Of a stretch of DNA of 64,000 nt, positions 55,845-64,000 are shown one piece after another. Source of the stretch: Eledone cirrhosa. Its lineage: Eukaryota. The notes beneath the pieces were generated by a model that had not been told where the DNA came from, made no database searches, and worked only from the letters and a program-made list of their open reading frames with translations. How positions within the stretch are numbered: position 1 is the stretch's first letter; the number at the start of each line of letters is the position of its first letter. The position numbers were made by a program, and so were the translations under genes. The stretch covers positions 54,188,001-54,252,000 of the forward strand of contig OZ024741.1 of NCBI GenBank assembly GCA_964016885.1. The letters are read 5' to 3'.

Positions 55845-55945
55845 AAAAATAAAGTGTCTGGCTCAAGGACACAATGCATCGCCAGGTCCGGGAATGGAAC
55901 TCACAATCACGGGATTATGAATCAAACTCTCTAACCACTCAGCTA
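55845..55945 (-). mobile_element. SINE family A copy
   Basis: aaataaagtgtct.gctcaagga.acaa...aactcacaa...ctctaaccact matches 4495-4590. Confidence 0.7.
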
Positions 55946-56774
55946 TATATTCTTATATATATTTGCTGGTTTCAGACATTTGACTTCGGCCATATTGGTA
56001 ACCACTTTAAAGCTATTTATTGGATCATATCGATCTGGCTATGTATTATAAAATGGTTATTTATCATCATTTTAATCGACCGTGTACAGCTGGTAAGTTA
56101 AGAAAAGCTGTGAGAGGTATATAATTAAGAAATAAAAAGTGGGACGTAGAGAGCAAAAGATAGACAAAGAGAAGGAATCATTGGAAGTGAAAGCAGTAAA
56201 GATAAGAAAAATCTGAAAATCAAGGATTTCAATGTTTCTTAGCTCTAATATATTAGAAGAATATTTTATGATTGGTAAATCTATGACAATATGTTGCATA
56301 TCCAATTTTGGTAGTTTTTTTAAAGACCGGCTTCAAGATGTCCCTTCTTTCAGACTGGCGGGGTTTACATTGAAACAATTAGTTCCAGCTTATCGATCTG
56401 CTAATTACAGGAGAAAAACACACATGAAAACTGAGAGTAATATATATACATATATACATATTTATATATAATTATATATATGTATAACATTTGCAATGTT
56501 TTTGTCGCCATAGATCAAGCTAACCCACTTCATCACATATGGTTCCACGTAAATATCGTACGTTCTTTTTGTCTTTGAAAGTATTCCAGGGCAATGTTTG
56601 GTCGCTATGTTGGACCCTGTGATCCTAAGGGGGCCAACAGGTCCTTTGGTGAAAATCGAAACACTGATAAGCGTGAAGATATTTTAGCTGTTACCAATTT
56701 TGCGATTTATAAATACATAACACATACATGTATGTATAAAAATATATGTATGCTCATATATATATGTATATATG

Positions 56775-56867
<93 letters not shown>

Positions 56868-56871
<4 letters not shown>

Positions 56872-57261
56872 AGGAGGTTATAGTTCACTTGAAGCATTGT
56901 GTAATGAGGTATAAACGTTAGAATATGTGTAATAAGGCCAAGACAATGCAGATATGGACATAGAAAAAGAATGCAATAGTGAGAGATATTGATGAGAATT
57001 CGTCTTTCACCTTGAATTTATTTAAATGTCCTTAATTTTCGAGATAATATCTCTTCTTCGGAGGGAAGTAAAAGTCTCAGACCAGCGTCTTAAATTTCCA
57101 ATGAAGCCATGCTGACCGGAAATAGAGATATTATCTCGAAAATTAAGGACATTTAAATAAATTCAAGGTGAAAGACGAATTCTCATCAATATCTCTCACT
57201 ATTGCATTCTTTTTCTATGTCCATATCTGCATTGTCTTGGCCTTATTACACATATTCTAAC

Positions 57262-57268
<7 letters not shown>
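56868..57268. mobile_element. Head-to-head inverted element with ~140-bp arms between (TA)n tracts
   Basis: 56911-57054 is inverted at 57124-57267. Confidence 0.85.
57030..57064 (-). ncRNA. Minimal hammerhead motif, U4C variant
   Basis: Minus strand: CCT-CCGAAGA-AGAGAT att ATCTC-GAAA-AT-TA-AGG. Confidence 0.55.
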
Positions 57269-57302
<34 letters not shown>

Positions 57303-57344
57303 ATGATATTAAATAAATGGAAACTATATTTATAAAACCACATT

Positions 57345-57407
57345 TATTCTATTATATATATTTCAAGGGTACCAAAAAACTTTGGTACGCTTTCATCAGA
57401 TAAAATA
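57345..57407 (-). ncRNA. Type I hammerhead ribozyme
   Basis: Reverse complement of 58493-58555. Confidence 0.72.
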
Positions 57408-58492
57408 CAAAGAGTGTTTTATAAATTTTGACATAGCCAAGGAAATCATACCTTATCAGTTGAATTTTCTTGGGTAGCGAGATTAAAGGACGGATATTTC
57501 AAACTTATGGATGAATATGCAAATGAATATGTAAATAAGGTTGAGTTATATGATTGAAAAACCGTTATTTTAAACGCTATGGAAAGTTTAGATATATAAT
57601 AATAAGAGAGAAAGAAAGAAGAAAGGAAAAAAGAAAAAGGAAAAATAAGAAAAAAGGAAAAGGAAGACCACTTATAACGTTACTTTGGGGGGGAAATATT
57701 CGAACATTTATCTATATTATGTATATATTTATATGGAGAATTATGATTAACTGATTTTATCAAAATTTTTTCATATTCAAGAGGATGTTTAAACATTCAT
57801 ATTTCATTCGACTAAATAATTAATTAATCTCACACTAACTATTAACAAAAAAATCGGAGTTGTCTTTCCTTTTTCAATCATATAAACTTATTATACATAA
57901 CTCTGTTAATTTAATTTAAAACATTCTCAATTTTAACTACCTATTTATTTACTCATATTAAGAACAACCACCTAAAACTTGAACTACTATTTATTTATTT
58001 ATTTATCTACATAAAACATATCAACTTCCCTTGTAACTCATATTGTAAACAAATTATCCTTTTAATAAAAATATATATAGATATTTATATATTTAACCCA
58101 GTACAATATTATGATAAGATAAATATTTACAAACATAATTCTCCATATAAATATATATGTAAATATATACATAATATAGATAAATGTATAATATAGATAT
58201 ATTCCCCCCAAAGTAACGTTATAAGTAGTCTTCCTTTTCCTTTTCCTTCTTCTTATTTTTCCTTTTCTTTTTTTCTTTCTTCTTTCTTTCTCTCTTATTA
58301 TTATATATCCAAACTTTCCATAGCGTTTAAAATAACGGGTTTTCAATCATATAACTCAACCTTATTTACATATTCATTTGCATATTCATCCATAAGTTTG
58401 AAATATCCGTCCTTTAATCTCACTACCCAAGAAAATTCAACTGATAAGGTATGATTTCCTTGGCTATGTCAAAATTTATAAAACACTCTTTG

Positions 58493-58555
58493 TATTTTAT
58501 CTGATGAAAGCGTACCAAAGTTTTTTGGTACCCTTGAAATATATATAATAGAATA
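58493..58555 (+). ncRNA. Type I hammerhead ribozyme
   Basis: TATTTTAT-CTGATGA-AAGCGTACCAAA gttt TTTGGTACCCTT-GAAA-TATATA-TA-ATAGAATA. Confidence 0.75.
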
Positions 58556-58711
58556 AATATGGTTTTATAAATAGAGTTTCCATTTATTTAATATCATTGA
58601 ATACTTACTCCAGAAATCTGTCGCGTGCTCTGAATCAGTTATAAACATTTATATTTGTTGTATTTCCAACAAATTAAATATCCTACTTATATATATATAT
58701 ATATATATATT

Positions 58712-58892
58712 ATTGGCAGTATCGGTAGAGGGTCGGACGCCATGCTTTCCAGCATAGTTACGTCCCTTTACGATCTGAGTTCAAATCCCGCCGAGGTTGA
58801 CTTTGCCTTTCATCCTTACGGGGTCGATAAAATAAAGTACCAGTAATGAACTGGGTATTTGCTGGCCTTGTGCCTAAAGTAGAAACAATTAT
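58712..58892 (+). mobile_element. SINE family B copy
   Basis: ttggcagtatcggtagaggg...gagttcaaatccc...cggggtcgataaaataaagtaccag; (TTA)n tail. Confidence 0.8.
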
Positions 58893-59006
58893 TATTATTA
58901 TTAGAAATGTAAGCTATCGCCGTATTTTTGGCCAAAGAAATTAAAGAAATTATTTAGCCTGATAGTGGGGTTAAGAACCCTCGGAGAAATGGAAAAAGAT
59001 GAGTAT

Positions 59007-59078
59007 TGACGTACATGGGAGTCGAACCAACATATTTGGTTATCCGAACCACTGTGCTACCATTTACACCAACACATC
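59007..59078 (-). tRNA. tRNA-like sequence (pseudo-tRNA or SINE head)
   Basis: Reverse complement of 59474-59545 with about 3 substitutions. Confidence 0.45.
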
Positions 59079-59473
59079 ACCCGTCTCTTTCAATTCAAAT
59101 TAGAAGCTATAAACTTACCGACTGTATTGTCAAGTAAGAATATTTTCGAAACAGCGAGTGGGTTTGAAATTATTAGAAATGAAAGCTATCGCCGTATTTT
59201 GACTAGAGAAATTAAAGAAATTATTTAGCCTGATAGTGGGGTTAAGAACCCTCGGAGAAATGGAAAAAGATGAGTATTGACGTACATGGGAGTCGAACCC
59301 ACATCTTCACCCCACTATCAGGCTAAATAATTTCTTTAATTTCTTTGGTCAAAATACGGCGATAGCTTACATTTCTAATAATTTTCAAACCCACTCGCTG
59401 TTTCGAAAATATTCTTACTTGATATTACAGTCGCTAAATTTATATCTTCTAATTTGAATGGAAAGAGACGGGT

Positions 59474-59545
59474 GATGTGTTGGTGTAAATGGCAGCACAG
59501 TGGTCCGGATAACCAAATATGTGGGTTCGACTCCCATGTACGTCA
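59474..59545 (+). tRNA. 72-nt tRNA-like cloverleaf (apparent anticodon GGA, non-canonical loop) followed by TTTTT
   Basis: GATGTGT/GTACGTC acceptor, GTGT/GCAC D stem, GTGGT-CCGGATA-ACCAA, GTGGG-TTCGACT-CCCAT; T5 at 59555-59559. Confidence 0.5.
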
Positions 59546-59719
59546 ATACTCATCTTTTTCCATTTCTCCGAGGGTTCTTAACCCCACTATCAAGCTAAAT
59601 AATTTCTTTAATTTCTTTGGTCAAAATACGGCGATAGCTTACATTTCTAATAATTTCAAACCCACTCGTTGTTTCGAAAATATTCTTACATATATATATA
59701 TATAGGTATATATATATAT

Positions 59720-59753
<34 letters not shown>

Positions 59754-60116
59754 TGTATATATATGTATTCAATCGGGGGTAACCACAGTAAGTAAGGTAC
59801 TCAATACAAAGCAGAATATAAATATTTTCTAAATTTGTATATATATAAATAATATATATTACGAATGGCGATAGCAGACGCAGTGTATAATAAAGTTATA
59901 TCTCTATACAGAGTGTCTAACAGACACTGTACTAATATGTGTATAATATACATATACCTAATATATATATATATATATATATAGTTGTGTATAGTGGTAG
60001 CTATGGTGCTTCCATAGGCGGTATGCCAAAATTACCACTCGATATTCATCAGATTAGAGTGTAGATATTATAAATAAAACGAAAAATCAGTGATGCATCT
60101 GGACTTGGTTTATTTT

Positions 60117-60205
60117 GTGTTACAAATGTTTCGCCGGCATATAGCTCGAGTCATGGTCCTTGTATGGATCTGGCTGATTCTACTTCTGCGGGTTCTTTCA
60201 GACAC
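60117..60205 (-). ncRNA. Possible degenerate hammerhead in the putative pLTR of the Naiad-like element
   Basis: Minus strand: GTGT-CTGAAAGA-(long stem II)-GAAA-C ATTT G-TA-ACAC followed by AATAAA; one extra core base. Confidence 0.35.
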
Positions 60206-60769
60206 GGGTGTTTCGTCCGGAGAAAATTTTATCACTGGGGTGTTATCATCATAAACCACCATCAGAAACCCTATTTCCACTCTTGTCATGCCATTGGCTG
60301 TTTTTACTCCACGTCATCACAAGTTCTGATCAGTATCTGCTGCCACACGGTTCATCAACCATTTTCCGTCCGACACACTTCAATGGAGTTATGCTGGGTT
60401 CAGTACTTCACACGTCTGCTCACACTTCAGAGTAATCACAAACACATACTAAAATACACACATAAAAACACACACACATATGCAGACACATATGCAGACA
60501 CATCTATGCATACACACCACGTACGCCCACATGCGCAGATATACACATCCCCCACATACATACATCGAAGTATATATACACACACCCTTTCTCCCTCACT
60601 TCCACGGACCCGTTCATACCCACTTGTTGATACATATCGCCACAAGTCCTCTGACGGCTGCTTACTTAGCGTCCTGTATGAGTTGGGATAAGCATATCCC
60701 ACTCAAACATATACATATATACATACATACGCGCGCACATATACATACGCCCAACCTTCTATACATTTG

Positions 60770-60805
<36 letters not shown>

Positions 60806-60984
60806 CACGCTCATACACACACACATATACACATACACACATACATACACATATATACATATATACACACATATACATACATATACACACATATATATGT
60901 ATGTGTACTCACACATGTACAACTATACAAATACGCATACGTACATAAATATTACCTATACATGTACATACACACACATACTTA

Positions 60985-61044
<60 letters not shown>

Positions 61045-61771
61045 AAAGAAAGGGGACAACTTACCATGCATACGCACATCCACATATATATATACAAATA
61101 AATACCCACGCATATGCCGATATATATACATCTACACATGCATACGCATACGTGTTGCCACATGCATACACCTGCACGCATGCATATCTGCCTACACACA
61201 CATGTGCTTTCACATATACATATATAAACAAAACTGAAAGTTAACAGTTAAAAATACATTATGCAATAAAAATAATATACCATAAAATAACGGTAAATTA
61301 CCGTAACATAAAAAATATATAATGTAATATAATATACAAAATGATATATATATATATATATCTCCCTGCCCCTACTATATATATGTATATATATATATAT
61401 ATACATATACACACACACACACGTACACAGACACATACATACATATACGGATATATACGGATACATATAAAGGATATGTGATAAAGTCATACAACAAGAA
61501 TAATAGTAATAATAAAAAAAAACATATATAGGCCATTTATAATCATCCGCACACATTCCTATGAGATGCACATACACACATACTTGTATGCACAAATACA
61601 CATACACACATATAGAGGCCCGCATATGCATGCACCTGCACCCACACACATATCCGCATATATATACACATACACACACATATATATATACACGCACACT
61701 TACCCACCCACACACACACACGCCTACTCATACTTGGCTATACGTACATACTCACACATACATAGATAGAC

Positions 61772-61806
<35 letters not shown>

Positions 61807-62609
61807 CTCATATATAGACACACATAGGCACCCACACACATACACCCACATCCCGCCACATATGTATATACATACACATGTCTGCACATACAGGCTCGTA
61901 TAAGCTCATGCACACACGCACCCATACCCATACACACACCCCAGCACCCACCCACGTATATATATATAGATACATACGCATCTACACACACACACACACG
62001 TACATTACCCACACACAGGTCCACACATGAAAACACGCGAATATAAACACAATATGATAATAAAATAAAATAAAATAAATAAATAAATTTACAATATTTT
62101 AGGGTACATTAAAGTCTGTACGTAACTGCATAAACAGGTACAGGAAGGGGTAAAATAAAGAAACGGGTATAATAAAAAAGAAAAAGAAAAAAAGACAAAA
62201 ATAAAGAAAAAAAGAAAAACGGGGGGGGGGGGGCGGTACATGACAAGGTGCGTGCGCCCATGCGATATACTACACACAGGTATTGTGAGATGCAAACTTG
62301 TGTTCGTGTATAGAACAGGTAACAGTAACAGAACAATGATGTAACAATAAAGATATTAATAATCACTGTTCCAAGGTGGAACAGGTGGATAGTATATAGT
62401 CACGATTGACGGTGTACCCATTCAGTGTGACGCCCGTCACGGTCGCCATGGGGAATGAAACCGTGGCTGGGATGTGCTGTTCTATACGTTTAGTGCATAG
62501 GACCGGGTGGCAGTGGGCCCCGTGTATGCGGTGTATATTCCAATGCCGTGTGCCTGGTCACGTGCGCACCTGGTTTACATATGATTGCCCCATGGGTCGG
62601 ACACCGTCA

Positions 62610-63600
62610 TCATGGCATGGCGTCAGGTCCCCTAATCCTGCTAGGCCAATCGGGTCTGTGCGTACTCATTCCCATGCCCCTGCCTGCGTCACCCGGCGGA
62701 TTCCATGCTGAAAATGTGCATCTTCTCAGGTGTCTGCATGTCATGATAATTTCAGACTTCAGGCTCACTGCGTCATCCTTCAGTCTGACTATCTCCATAG
62801 CCTCGTGTAGGCACAATCGGCACTTTCTACTTCCGGCCGAATATGCCCTCGCGTGGCGAACGATACTCCATTCCAGGGCGTATGGAGTGCCGTGGTCTTT
62901 CATGTCCCACACGAGGTCCGCTAACCTAGTGGAGTGCCTTTTACTACGGTCCCTGAAGGAATTCGTGTGATTATACATCCGCGAATTAAAGGTCGTGGGT
63001 GTTGCGCCGATGTAGGTTCGATGCGCATTTTGGGTTGTAACCACACACTTGTATATTAAGTCTTTCATTAAGCATTTTCCCTGTAGGGGGCACTGAGCGC
63101 CCGCTCTACAGTTGCAAGTTTTGCTGTCAGTTCTTGTGCGTCCGATGTCCGGGCCCCGATCTGTTATGGCCCTCTCAAGGTTCTCAGGGTGTTGCACCGC
63201 CGACACATTTGTCTTCCCCATGCCACTATTTCCCTCTCGGTGTTGGACCGTATCGCCCTCAGCGGGCGCTCTGTTCGAGTCGGGGGCCTGGTTGTCATTT
63301 GAAGATAGGTCCCTGGGTGGTGCTCCGCGCTCCGAAACATGGTCACTCTGTCGTCGTGGTTGACGACCAGTGTGCGCCATCTTCACCGCGTTAGTTCTAG
63401 CCATGTAGTCGGCCATATTCGGCGCCGTGGAGAAGGAAAATTTCACCGTGTGTCGGTTGAAGATTTTGTCGTACTTGTTTGTCATCGGAAAGCACTCGTC
63501 CAGCGCTCGGAAGAAAAGTCCTGGCACGTTGGTGCGTACATGTTTGGAGTAAGGCGCATTGAACCAGGTAACGGCCTTAGATCTGTTCCTTCGTGTGCGT
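62610..63600 (-). CDS. 5'-truncated Naiad-type Penelope-like element ORF C-terminus with GIY-YIG endonuclease
   Basis: WFNAPYSKHVRTNV, KIFNRHTVKFSFS..PNM, CNCR..CPLQGKCL..LIYKCVV, TYIGAT..F..R.YNH..SF, LEWSIV, KCRLCLHE, EIIMTCRH. Confidence 0.85.
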
Positions 63601-63625
63601 GGATTCTTGTTGGTGTATCCAGGGC

Positions 63626-63673
<48 letters not shown>

Positions 63674-63679
<6 letters not shown>

Positions 63680-64000
63680 ATACTTTGGGAGGGTCATGTT
63701 GCCAATAAGAAACACACGCACCAGTTGCTTTCACTTCAATTTAATTTATTATATATTTATAAATTTACAAATTTATAAATTTCTGGTTGGTTGGTTGGTT
63801 CCACAACCAGATAGTTGTTTATATATATATAGTCATAGTTCTTTCGTCACACACTCTGTGACCTCTTCAGTGACTGGGGATTTCTTTCTTCGTTTCTGTG
63901 CCTTTCCTTTCTTCTAGAGGTCACAGAGTGTGTGACGAAAGAACTATGACTATATATATATAAACAACTATCTGGTTGTGGAACCAACCAACCAACCAGA
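63674..64000. mobile_element. pLTR of the 9.3-kb PLE family with an inverted arm starting at ~63916 (runs off the window)
   Basis: Near-identical to 9320-9550; 63916-64000 is the reverse complement of ~63782-63866. Confidence 0.85.
63831..63875 (-). ncRNA. Type I hammerhead ribozyme, canonical core
   Basis: Minus strand: AGTCA-CTGAAGA-G-GTCACA gagtg TGTGAC-GAAA-G AA C-TA-TGACT. Confidence 0.8.

Larger units (their letters stand above)
57300..58690. mobile_element. Head-to-head inverted non-autonomous PLE-type element with ~440-bp arms, related to 51590-52190
   Basis: 57300-57745 is inverted at ~58135-58600; HHR in each arm; (TA)n flanks. Confidence 0.8.
58898..59688. repeat. 272-bp unit containing a tRNA-like cloverleaf: ~1.5 units on minus, then ~1.4 units on plus
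   Basis: ttagaaatg at 58901 and 59173; accccactatca at 59309 and 59581; strand switch near 59305. Confidence 0.85.

Noticed and set aside
62400-62612. Selenocysteine readthrough of the TGA-TGA stop in the Naiad-like ORF
   Set aside because: Some Naiads are reported to be selenoproteins, but here the conserved Cys codons are normal, the stops lie beyond the conserved end, and I could not fold a SECIS.

Overview
AT-rich, repeat-dominated animal DNA with no host protein-coding gene that I can support. The (TA)n/(CA)n density and SINE types suggest a cephalopod such as octopus (inference). Recognisable mobile elements: a near full-length but frameshifted CR1-type LINE, RTE and CRE-like LINE fragments, three distinct Penelope-like elements (PLEs; RT-thumb and/or GIY-YIG remnants), an internally deleted Helitron and two tRNA-derived SINE families. 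The main hidden signal is about 25-30 type I hammerhead ribozyme (HHR) motifs, folded by eye, from at least six sequence families. Nearly all lie in non-coding elements within (TA)n tracts, often as head-to-head inverted pairs. Two families form retrozyme-like tandem arrays with one HHR per unit: about 422 bp at 2.05-4.05 kb, and 591 bp at 26.7-27.7 kb and 42.5-44.7 kb. The 591-bp family carries a compensatory U3-A8 core variant. A 272-bp unit holding a tRNA-like cloverleaf shows the same tandem-plus-inverted architecture. Coordinates are read by eye (a few bp uncertainty); no ribozyme activity or database match has been tested.
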